Shown piece after piece: positions 20,382 through 32,099 of a stretch of DNA of 64,000 bases. The notes beneath the pieces are model-generated. The model was not told where the DNA came from, ran no database searches, and saw nothing but the letters and a program-made list of their open reading frames with translations. The stretch is from positions 6,075,531 to 6,139,530 of the forward strand of contig NW_003314262.1 in assembly GCF_000143415.4 (NCBI RefSeq), in the 5' to 3' direction. This DNA is from Selaginella moellendorffii. Lineage: Eukaryota > Plantae > Lycopodiophyta. Positions within the stretch are counted from its first letter, which is position 1. The number at the start of each line of letters is the position of its first letter. Both the position numbers and the translations under genes were made by a program.

Positions 20382-21043
20382 TTAGCGGACTGCCATAGCT
20401 CCAACTCAAGCCAAGTTCTAAGTATATACACCAACAACGCGACGCAACATTGTTACACAAAAAACGCGAGCGATTTAGCGCATAGCCGCCATGACTGAGC
20501 AAGCAAGCACAAAAAAATTTAACGACAGGCCCTGGTAAAAAAAACCCGAGGAAATTAGCGACTGAGAGACGCCATACTTTCGATTGTTTAAGGCAGGAAA
20601 AACACCATGGAAAGAAACATCAACTTTAACGAAAGGCAAGCATCTTTTCTGTTCTTTCTTCTCGACTTTAGCGAGTGAAACGAGCCATGGGAATTGAGCT
20701 CAAAAACTTAGCGACAAGCTGCCATGGATGGAGCGAAGACGCTGTGACTTAACGAAATCCAGCCATGGAACACGCCGACTTAACGAATGGAAATGTCAAA
20801 TCCAGCCATGGAACGCACCGACTTAACGCGTGATAGACATGATCGGGGGGCAGGGTTAAGCAATTCTAGCGCAGCATGGCGAGATTTCACACACAGAGAG
20901 CTCTAGCGGCCGAGAGACGCCATAAGGAAATCCTTCCTCTAGCGGATTGCCACAGCCATAGAATGCAATGCAGATCCGGGGTTAGCGACACACAGACATG
21001 GCGAGCGCCGGATAATTGGAGAGATTTAGCGCAGTGGAGCCAT
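20382..21043 (-). promoter_or_regulatory. Array of 14 micro-uORFs (ATG...CGY-TAR) in the putative ARP 5' leader
   Basis: Hand-translated; all units are listed in the findings. Presence in the mature mRNA is not proven. Confidence 0.8.
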
Positions 21044-24000
21044 CTCGCTACACAGATTCAGGAAGAAGAGCTTATCTGCGAAGAAGATGAATCGCCGCAC
21101 CAAAAGAGACGCCACAGCCTCCAAACGCGCACAAGAACACGGTGAGTGAGGGGTAGGGTTCTCTATTTCTTTTCAGTGCGGGCAATTACCGTGGAAAATG
21201 TGGCGAATGGGCCAAGATTGTACGCGTTCGTACACTGACCACTGCTCTTGTATATTGGTGTATTCTGACCGGACGCGTGGCGGTGGCATCTAAAGGAAAG
21301 ACAAGATCCATACGGAAAATCTGGTTACTTTTAAAACTTGAACTCGGTTTCCTTTGGTTAAGAACAAAGGCATTTGTTAACAGTCTCAGTTTGATTTAAT
21401 ATTTAAACGAAAAATCTAAAAATAAATAAGTGAATGATAATATTTAATAATAGCATCAAAAAATATAATCTTAATCTCTCTAAGAAAATAATTGAAAATT
21501 AGGTTATTAAAAATCATAGTAAAAGAGTAGCAAGCTATGGCAACAAATATGTAATTGCATATGGGTGCATTTTTTATTTACACATGTGCAGATATTTGTT
21601 TTTGGTTTTCAATTCCACACAATCCTAGTTTGATTGTTATACATCATTTCGCTACAATTATATATCACAATATGATTATGTGCATTATAACATTTGTATG
21701 CAAAATAGTATACCACATAAATAAACACTTCATGCCACATGTGCAGCCATGTCATCTCTTTTTTGATAGCAAGATTGTGCACTTAGGCTTATCTAATATG
21801 CTATACAGCACTACAATCTTTATCAATTCATTAATAACTTCATCCCATCACCTAGTGCTGGCATGGGATTTAATTCTTTTATGTCAAACCTTTGTTCTTA
21901 GTAAAGAGATTGAATGCCCTGTTGCAATATATGTAGCATTTGCAATTCTTTTTTGTTCTAGAGTAGATTAACACCTTTGCAAATGCATGTTTAATGTATT
22001 AGAAGCTCCAACATAATGATGGCATTGCCAAATTAGTGCAATTGGCGGTTGATAATAGCCAGTACATGGAGTCTCATGGCCAACATTTGATGGGTAGTAC
22101 CTTTAATGCCTAATCAGCTTTGCTTCTAATTCAGTTGAATTTAGCCACACATTCTTGCCAACTTAAAAGACAAAGTAGAAGATGCTAACATGGCAATAAA
22201 CTAATAAGGATTAAGAATTCGTACTTGGACATGCATGCCAATATATACATATGCATTGAATAAAAATATTTGTGAGAAACAGTTTAAGCACACATGTCTT
22301 TTAAATTTATATATTTTGCAAGCTAATACATTGTTTGACCAGGCCACCCACCCCAGGTACACCTCTCCTTAAAGAGGTGTAGTTTCCCTCAAAACATGCA
22401 AATCACAAATTATTTGCTATAATTATCCTTATCAAATATTAAAATCTTTAATTTTTATTGTTTTGATTGGTTCTAAACAAGAGAGAGAGAGAGAGAGTAA
22501 AGTCCTTTGGTATTTTTACTGTTAAAATTAAAATTAAGATTCTTTGGGATTGTAAAAGTGAACAATTGAAAATTAATATCTATATTTATAATTATATTGA
22601 CTTGTATAAATGGAAAAAGAAAATATAAGTTAGATTTTCCATAAAGATCTTGTTGGAGATGCCCGTCCCAATACACAAGAGCAGTGGCCAGTGTACAATA
22701 TTGGCCCATTCACCACATTTTCCACAGTAAATTGCCTGCTGACAAAAGAAAAAGAGAACCCTACTCTCTCACTGTGCTCTTGTGCACGTTTGGATCATCT
22801 CTTTTGGTGCAGCGATTCTTAAGCTTTTTCTGGTATTTTCCTGAATTGGTAGTAAATGAACGGAACATAAAAGCAAAAAGTATACAACCTGATTGTTGCC
22901 CCTCTAATTTCTTCTTGCTTGTTGGATTATTTCCCCTTCTTTCTTTCCGTCTTGTCTCTTGGATCCCTTGGAGGATGTATTTGGCTTTATAATTTCTTTG
23001 TGCAACCGGGTGCTTGCTTGATTTCGTCATCCCAGGACACTTTCATGGGCACAGCTTCCATGTGATTAAGCACTGATTTGATGGTGCTTTCCTTCCTTTT
23101 TCAACTTCAAATATAAATTCTATAATATTTATCCTTCTATTTAAGAACAAAGTGGGCCATGAAAGAAAACCTTGCAGCACATACTTTCGTATGCGACCAT
23201 GACAGGATTCTCATACCAATTGATTGCACCAATTTCTAGAGAGAGAGATCACGCACTGACCTTCTGCACATTCTCATGAATTCATATATATTGTTTATAC
23301 GGTCTTGTAGCACCCACCATGAAGCATGAGATTTTAAAGAAGATTGTTGTTGCATTGCTCCACGAATGAGAATTCGAGAATTTCTGAGAAGAGTGGCTAG
23401 AAGAAATTAACCACAATTTGGAACAATGATAAGAAAACTAATATGATTACAAAAAGTTTTTAAGAGCTTAAAATCTCAGCCGTTAGATTGCCAAATATCT
23501 TAGGTGCTTAATTCAATCCTTTAAAAACTATAAACAGAGTTTAAAGTAATCCAAATGGGAATCAACCTTTTTACAAGTTATAATATTCTACAAATGGTCA
23601 TGAAATATTTGGAGGTGCTGGGTGATCTGTGCCTTCTCTCACTCTCTTTTTCTTTTCCTCAAGAGCTCTCTATGTGCTCACAGCTCACAGTGTTCTTAAC
23701 TGTGCCGGGGAGCCTCATGTCAGTGGATGGCATCGGTGTGGTGAAGCTACCTTCTTCTTTCCAGAGGCCCGGACGAAGGCATCCACGGAGCAACACTCTG
23801 GAAATGGTGTCCAAATCCTCAAACTTTTGATCGTTCCTCGGAAGAGTTTACTTTGAGTGGAGCCCAACTTGCTCCGGGATGCCGGCGTAGAATTTCATTG
23901 CGTTGGCTTTGCCGAAGGCTTGGATCTGTGACCAGATTCCGGCCGCGATGGGCAGGCAGCTCACAGTGTCTTGTCGTTGAAAGGACCGGGCGGCAAAAAC

Positions 24001-24590
24001 ACACCATCCTGGAAAACAATTTCTAGAGTTCTTTACCCAAGCAAATGCTATATAGTGTGCGCAAAAGCGTGCCAAGGTTCCCAGGATCCTGTAGACAAAC
24101 TCACCATTTGACAACTTTTAGACAAGGGCCTGGAATCTGCGCCTGGTCCCGGGCAGCGAAGACCAGGGCCTCTGACTCAGCGCGTCGGGGCTCGCAACAT
24201 CCCACGGTTCCAATGCCCCGGACACAAGAGCGATCATAAGTTTCTTCACCAGGATTGGGACGAAACAAGTTTTGTCATCTCCTGCTCCCGGAAGCGGCAA
24301 TGGCTCATGCGGCCGTTTGATGCGTGCCGATCATCGCTCTCCAAGGGAAGGAATTGGGGGGCGATTCCGATCGAAAAACCATCCTCGCGCGATCCAGGCT
24401 CCAAGCTGGCACGATGTCAGTAACAAGCTAAGAGTATCTCTTACTTACCAGAAGAAAGAAAAGATGAGCATGGATTCGCTGGTGTGGAACTGCTCCCTCC
24501 CAATTCCCAGTGCTCAATGCCGCACACACCAGAACGATGATTAATTGATTGTTAAGAAAACAATCAAAAAAGAAAAAGAATATGCTCAAA

Positions 24591-25115
24591 ATGGATCAGA
24601 TATTTAAACACTGGAAGGGGGACCAGAGTTGGAAAGTCTCACCGTACGACGAGAAGCAATTCCTCGAGGACTACGTAGCTACCCTGCCCCGTCCTGGGTG
24701 AGAGCTTACGATTAGAAGTCCATATCCTAGCATTTACTTCCACAGGGTCACGAATCGGCCACAGCGACCAGGGGAGTTGGTGTTTTTGGCTGCTGGCTCG
24801 GTGATGGACGCGTATCCCGTGCTAGACTCGAAGCTGGAGCAAGCGGCACGGAAGCCATGGGTTGTCTACTGCGTCTTGCTCTTCCACACGCACCTTGTGG
24901 CATTCCTCAAGTGGGAGCGCCACGCTGATGGTAGGGTGACGAGGGAAACGTGTGAGTCGGTGTATAGTTTCCACCGTAGAGATGCAAGGAAAGATATCGG
25001 GCCGGCGATTCATACCATGGTAAGCGAAGTGAATGCAACCAGATTGAAAGTTGAATCGGCTTACACCTGTATCTACTGGTATGACGAGAATAAATATCCG
25101 CCCTATGTCTGCTGA
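24591..25115 (+). CDS. Two-exon orphan protein, ~158 aa
   Basis: ATG 24591 (in-frame ATG also at 24582). A 48-bp GT-AG intron (24698-24745) joins MDQIFKHWKGD...LPRPG in frame to ORF 24777-25115. Confidence 0.5.
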
Positions 25116-26646
25116 GTTTGCGGGCCCTGTACAGCCTCCCAATCGCAACGGACTGCAGAGGTTCTTGATCTCAAATCACTGGCTAGCAGCACGCTCTAGA
25201 GAAGTGGCTGAAAGTATCGAATTTTCAATCCAGTAACCATCTGAACCTGCATAAAAAAGCGCCAGTAAGCAGGAAAGAAATAGGTCGCTCTTCTTTTCGA
25301 TCAAGAGAGCGGTGGATGGAACTCTCTCGTTGGCTATGCAGCGTTCCAACGCCGAGAATGGTAAGGGATACAACGGTTGCTTGTTTCGTGGAGAGCAGTC
25401 ACCGTGGCCGCTTCGGTCGGGTACCATCAAGTGCTCCCCTTCTTCTATGGCTTTTTGTTCGCATGCCTCAAAACTTCATGGCATATTATTCTGTTGTATA
25501 GCTTCTGTTTTTTCATGTTTTTCGAAAACCGGTTTTTTTCTTTCCATTTGGATGCCTGCTTTCCAGTAAATTTGGGCACGAAAAAACACAATATTGCTCA
25601 AAAGGTGGTGGTTTTTGGTATGGTTGTTCTATGATGTCCGGTAGAAAGAAGAAAGAAAATGATTTTATGGTCTCCGTGGCGGCCTGTGGCGGACCGTGAC
25701 TTCGTGTTGGAGAACTCGTATTTTGTCACGTCTACTGGTACCGGAACTCTGGATCAATGTCTTGTAGGAGTTGGCACCTCCGGTCTCCAAGATGTTGGAG
25801 AAAGTACGCCAGGGGGTACCGTCGGAGAGGAACCGAGCCACCGAGAGACTGTGAAAATCCAGCTCAGGGAAGTATATGGGAAGGCGCAAACATCACATGG
25901 TGTGGATCTTCTACCCCTCAGCAGCACAGCGGGCATTGGCATTCCTGCCATGGCCGAGCAAGCAAGTGCCTTGCGTGCAGCCCCAGAGAGTTGTAGACCT
26001 ACCTTGTCGTGTTGACATTCTCCAGGTAGAAACTGAATTTCTTCTTCCTCGAGCTCACTTGGAATATGCTGGGCAGAGTGCCCTAGGTATAAGAGTGCCC
26101 TATCCCACATGCCCAAGCTCAAGTGCTTTCCTTTGATATATAACGGCTCGCGAAGATGATTATTGTAAGAGCGCGCCCGCTTCAAGGTGGGAGTCAGCAC
26201 GGTGTTATCCCCGGAGGGGGATGATGACGTGGTTGATAATGCGGGGCACATCGCGTCAGGCGGGTAACCGAGCATCGCTATAGCTCTAGCTCTCGCCAGT
26301 GAAGGGATCACGCGCTTTTTTTTCTTATCTTTTCAACGCGCGATCCCGTTCATACTGAGGGCTAGAGTTTATGAGCAGGAGTAGGCTAATCAATGATCCA
26401 ACAAAGGTAGCACAACTTTAGACATCCTAAATTTCTTCTTCAGAAAAATAGTCCAAACTTTCACCAGCGAAGACCTCTGGACTGACTCCAACTTCTGCCC
26501 CGAATGGCTCCAAGAGAAACTCGTGAGCTTGGAAGAACTCGCTTCAAAACAAGTCCATCCCCGCAAGTAAGTTTTATTGATCTAGTTTCGAGTTTGATAC
26601 TAGCTCTACGATATCGAACAGGCTCTTAAACTCTACGATGAGAGAG

Positions 26647-29600
26647 ATTGAGGGAATATTCGTGATTCCCTCTTAGGTGTCGTTTTTTATTAGTCAATAA
26701 GAGAGACGCCAAGCAGGTCCCGGGCGTAGCACCAGCAGCGGTTGGCATTCCAGAGTACATTCGTGATTTTCTATCCCGAATATGGTATTGGAGCAGGATC
26801 ATGTCCCACTCTGAAAAAGAAAGATGGCACCCCCTCGATGGCAAAGATTTCCAGTCATGGAAAACTCAGATGCTATTTTACTGAATGGAAAAGGATCTCT
26901 AGAGCGTGATCTAGAGCAGCCTCAAGCCAGAGGACAATGCGGATGAGAAAAAGGAGTGGGACACCAAGAACAACAAAGCTTTAGTGGTCTTGGGACGAGG
27001 CCTCAGAAAGAAATATAGAAGCTACCTTGACATTGACAAGACGGCAAAGGAAAACTGGGATGCTGTGTGTGTGATCCTTGGTACAACAACCAGAGCAAGA
27101 TTGTTGGAACTCAAAACAGCTGTAAACAAGGGGAGACAGAATCCATAAGTGATTTTGCCAGTGCTCTTGTTGACATCACCAAGCAAATCGATGCAGTTCA
27201 AATAAGGACTTTGATGAAAATGAGTTGATCACAATTTTCTTCAAGGCGCTTAAAGGACCAATGTAGGGTCGCATCATTTAAGTTCTAGTAACACTTTCAG
27301 CTAAATGGTAGCCGATCTCACAGTGTTAGAGGGTTTTCTCAAGTCAGGGCAAGTGAGCTTGAATGAGAAAGAATTGGCACTCTTCACAGGATAAAGGAAT
27401 GATCTGTCACAAGGTGGGACAAACTAGGACCAACGAATGATCTGGGCAAGACCAGCAAACCAGAAAAGTTCAAGAAGAAAAAGAAGAATAATTGCTGTAA
27501 CATTTGCAAGAAACCAGGGCACTGGGCACGAGATTGCACAGACGAAGAGGCCAAGAAAGCTAAGGAGGCATGAAAAGCTGAGGCAAAGAGAGTGGCAGCA
27601 AAAAAGAACAAGTCGGCCAACTTTGCTAAGACAGCAGAAAGTAATGAGGATGACAATTAGGAGGACATGGTTGACCATGGTAACTTATTCATCAAAGAAC
27701 ACTCTTGGTATAGAAGCAGAAGTGGTGTACCTTGATTCTGGGGCAAACAAACACATGACACACCTCAGGAAATTTTTCACCACGTTGAAGAAAGTTCCAG
27801 GAAATAAGCGAATTTTTCTTGGTGATAACTACTCATACAGTGTTGGGACAATTGACATCAAGCTGCCAATAGGACAGATTGCCAGTGTGAAAAATGCTTC
27901 AAGACACTCTTTTCAATGGGAAAGATTGTTAATTGTGATCTGGAGATCACATTCACAAAGAGGATGTGTGCAATCACAGATGTGAATGGAAAGAAGACAA
28001 GCTGATCTCTATCAACTTAATGCCAAGGTGGTGCAGCCAGTAAAAGCTCTCTTTGCTAAACCACCACAGTTTTCTCTCACGAAGTAGCTGCGGATGACTT
28101 GAAAGAAAGTGACAACGAATTTCCAGTTAGGGCACGCGCAATCACACGAGGCAGAGCTGAAGGAGCCGGTGAGGGGAATGGAAGCGGCGACCAGGATGAT
28201 CCAGGAGGCAACGAGGATGGTGCAGAGAGCGTGGATGGTGCTGGAGGCGATCCAAATGGAGGTGAGGGCTTGCTCCCTGAAGCTGAGGGCTTGCTCCCTA
28301 AAGCTGAAGGCTTGCCACTCGACACAGCAGGCATTGGAACCAGTGGGAGCACTAGGATAGCAAACCCGAGGAAGACCACGGTGGTGAGCGCACTGTTGGC
28401 AAGACCAGGGCTAAAAATAGTGAGGGCAGTTTGAGACGTTCTGGCCGTGAGCGCGCACTCACAGAGGCTGGGCGTCAATACAGGGAGCAGCTGGACATAG
28501 CGGGCTTCTCGGCAAGAAACCAAGGCTGCTAGAGACCGATCAGTGACAGTGCCAATTCCTGAGACCTCTTACGATCCAGTCTTTTATTTTGCCAACTCTA
28601 GCATGGAGGAAGAAGGGGAGCAAGGCGAGAACCAGCTTCTCCTTCTCTTCAGCCGAAGACCATGGAAGAAGCTCTTGCCGGACCTGATGCGGATCAGTGG
28701 CACACTACTCATCAAGCTGAGTACAGCTCATTGAGACCTGGGATCTTGTGGAGCTGCCACCTGGGAGGAAGGTGATCAAGACCAAGTTCCTCTTGTGGCT
28801 CAAGACAAGACCTGATGGAGACACGTGCTACAAAGTCAGATTTGTTGCGAGAGGATTCTCACAAGTTGAAGGAGTCGACTTCTATGAGACCTTTTCACCA
28901 GTGGTGAAGCTCACATCAATTCATTCAACTTCTCTACGACTTAGCAGCTCACGGAGACATGCCCGTCGAGCACATGGATGTGACGACGGCGTTCCTGAAT
29001 GGTGACTTGGAGGAGGAAGTCTACATTGAGCAACCAGCCGGATTTATTGCCAAAGGACGAGAGCACCTGGTGTCCAAGCTCAAGAAGGCCCTCTATGGCC
29101 TGAAGCAATTGCCTTGTGCCTGGTACGCAAAGATGAACTTGTTTCTTTTTGCCCTTGGCTTCTAGAGTCTCTCTGCAGACACTAATGTGTATATTAAGCA
29201 AGTGGTGCTGTTGGCTTTGTACGTGGACGGCTGCTTGCTCCTCAGCAAAAGCAAGAAGCTGATTCATCAACTGAAGAAAGATCTCAGCTCGAGATTCAAG
29301 ATGGTGGACTTTGGGAGCATCAAGTACTGTCTTGGCATCCAAATCTTTAGTGACAGGAGGAAGAGAAATGTCTCAAAAGAAGTATATTGAGGAATTCTTC
29401 TAGAAATTCAAGCTTAGTGATGTCAACTCTGCATCAACGCCAATGGAAGTTGACATGCACCTCAGTAAGGACATGGCACCTTAGATGGAAGCAGCAAAAG
29501 CAGTGATGGAGAGGATCCCATACAGGCAGATGGTTGGCAATTTAGTCTACCTCATGGTTTGTACTAGGCCAAACATTGCCTATTCAGTGGGAGTGGTTTC

Positions 29601-30249
29601 GCAGTTCCTGGCAAATCCCACCCAGCTTCCAGCACTGGCAGGCAGTTAAGCATGTGTTTCATTACCTGAAGGGGACAGCCGATTATGTTTTGTGCTACAC
29701 AAAACAAGAGCAGCCTCAACTCAAGCTGTGGGGATTCTCGAATGCAGACTGGGCAGGGGAAGTTGATCAGTGTAAATCAACTTCTGGCTATGTCTTCAGC
29801 CTGGGCAGCACAGCAGTTACATGGAGCAGCCAGCGACAGCCAATCGTGGCTCTCTCGAGCACAGAGGCTGAGTATATCGGGATGACCCAAGCAGCCAAGG
29901 AAATTCTTTGGCTCAGGACTCTGCTGAACGGTCTAAGCTACAAGCAAGGGGAGGCAACGGTTCTGCATTGCGACAATCAAGGAGCTATTGCCTTGACGAA
30001 GAATCCAAGATTTCATCACAGGACAACCACCAGCAGTGTTCGCGCGACACGTACAAGCTCTGGGCGTGAAGACAAGAAGTATCGCGAGCTCAACTTGAGT
30101 GGGAGTATTGAGGGAATATTCGTGATTCCCTCTTAGGTCAAGTTGACCCCGTCATGTCTGTTCAATAAGAGAGAACCCGGCAGGCCCCGGGTGTAGCGCC
30201 AGCAGCGGCTGGCATTCCAGAGTACACTTGTGATTTCCTATCCCGAATA
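26647..30249 (+). mobile_element. Ty1/Copia LTR retrotransposon, degenerate, integrase core deleted
   Basis: LTRs ~26647-26782 and 30106-30249; PBS TGGTATTGGAGC (iMet-like); PPT GAGTGGGAG; protease YLDSGANKHMT; RT VARGFSQVEGVDFYETFSPV, MDVTTAFLNG, LYGLKQ, LYVDG; RNase H SSTEAEY, CDNQGAI; many stops. Confidence 0.92.
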
Positions 30250-30469
30250 GGTGTGAGACTCCATCACCTCCCCTCGCTGAGGTTTTGTACCAGCTTCAGA
30301 GAGCTCCAGGCACGGACCTTGTCTCGTCCGGGAGTGACTGATTCCAAAAACTTGCTGGTTTCCACCAACTCGGTAGTGTCAGATATATTAGATGACCTGG
30401 CGCTTCCTAAAGGTAAGAAAGAGTCTTGTCTTCCAAGTGACGCATTTTTTAGCTTCTGCCTTTCTTATA

Positions 30470-31275
30470 TAAGGTCGGTTGGGGCTAGCGAAAGACAGGA
30501 GAGGGTGTCACCATGGGAGATAGAGCCATTTATTGCTCCCAATGTGACTCCCCCGGTTTCAACGAAGAGATTCACGATACTCTCTACATGCACTTTTAAT
30601 TCACGGTTGGTCTAGTCAGTCGAAAGTCATACGACAATCATCTTCGTCAGATCCTACAGGCCAACCGTAATTTACATCTCACAAGTACGAGGCTGACGAG
30701 AGGGAAAACTTTCTCCTGAAGTTTCCTACAGCTCTCTATTCTGAGGGCTGAAGTAAATCCAAGATTGCCAAGCCCCGGAAAGGAGGGGCTACCATCTCAT
30801 CATAAAGGCGATATGCACCAGCAGCATCTTAGGCTTCACTTATCAGCAAGCAGCATTAAGTTGCCCAGTCTACTTGTAGCCTCAACATATGATCTCTTCG
30901 AATGCTTCACGGCTTTTCGCCTTCACTAGCTTCACGGCATTTTCAGCTTCACGGCTTTTCGCATTCTCTATGGATGGGCCAGCACCGTCAAAGACAACGT
31001 CGACAAGGATCTCGAGTTGGAAGCTTCCGGCTTCAGGAAGTGTTTTCCTGGCCAGAACTGGAACCAGCAGCAGCAACAACAGCAACCAAGCAGGACGTGC
31101 ACCAAAGTAAGATCTCATTCTCTATTTGAAGCGCCCGACTTTGAATCTCTTCTACTTTTCAAAGGTTCACAAACACGGTGCAATGGGACGAGCTTTGGAC
31201 TTGTCCAAGTTTCGGCGATACACGCAACTCCTGGAAGAGCTGCAGCACCTGTTCGGCACTGACGAGAACCTGAAC
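30470..31275 (+). pseudogene. ARF: Auxin response factor fragment (class-B-like; end of DNA-binding domain plus PB1 motif III)
   Basis: ERQERVSPWEIEPF at ~30490-30530; QQQQPSRTCTK, then an intron, then VHKHGAMGRALDLSKFRRYTQLLEELQHLF. No B3 domain or motif IV visible; frame broken. Confidence 0.8.
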
Positions 31276-32099
31276 GTCCGAGTGGCAAGAAGAAAGAGTG
31301 CTAAGATGATATGCTCGATCAAACAACTCAAACAGGCTAAGTGCAAAACAACGGTCTAAGGAACTCTCAATGCGAAGGGAAACTTGTGAATAACAAAACT
31401 AACGATCTTTGAAAGTTGATGATACTTACATTCATGTTGTCAGGTTTGTGTGTCTTTCAATTTGTTCTAATTTCTTGTCAATTTTTTGAAAAACACAAGT
31501 GACGTGTTGGTGCTGCTCAACCACGATAAGAACGCTGTGTCCAAGAAGAAAAATGCTACGAGATTGGAGAGATTTTGTGTCAACGTTTTGGAGAAATTAT
31601 CAGCACTTTGAGTTATGTTGTTGCTGGGCTCAATGCAAGACCTGGGAAACAACGTTTGGCACCTGCAATCTTCAGAACTTCAATCCAGCTGAAGGCGACA
31701 ATGATCCAACCTCAATGAAATCAACGATCATGAAAACTCCGAAGGCAAAGGAATGTGCATAGCGTGAATTTACATGAGAGTCAACTCATATACTGTTTGT
31801 CTAACTAGGATGTTTGATGTTCAACGAAATGGAAGTTGAAGTTTAACAATGAGCTGTTTGTTCAACGAACTGGACAACACGCTTCAACCTTCCAGGTTTA
31901 TGTTCTCTTTAGTGTTTCTCTAACTTCTTTTTGTTTTTGCAACGCCATGAAATTGCAACGGTGCCATAGAACAACGTTCCAGGGCCAGCTTAGATGGAAG
32001 TTTACGCTTTGGCAGTGGCAAAACCAGATGATCTATACAAAGCCCTGTGGTTTCCTTGAAAAGAAATGAATACATTTACAAAGTTGCAAACATATGTCG

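Noticed and set aside
20382-21043. Reading the array as DNA motifs (TAACG MYB-like plus GCCAT YY1-like) or as intron branch points
   Set aside because: Neither explains why the spacing varies yet is always a multiple of 3 with no earlier in-frame stop. Kept only as an alternative hypothesis.
20876-21145. 89-aa + strand ORF
   Set aside because: Antisense to the uORF array with no protein features; the minus-strand pattern explains the sequence better.
21500-22400. Possible MULE/hAT transposase relic (CTCG..H-like pattern on the minus strand) and a short hairpin TACACCTCT/AGAGGTGTA at ~22358-22381
   Set aside because: Too degenerate; no TIR, TSD or CTRR terminus to support a call.
25754-26311. 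185-aa minus-strand ORF, and fragments at 23800-24300
   Set aside because: No recognisable motif or supportable gene model.
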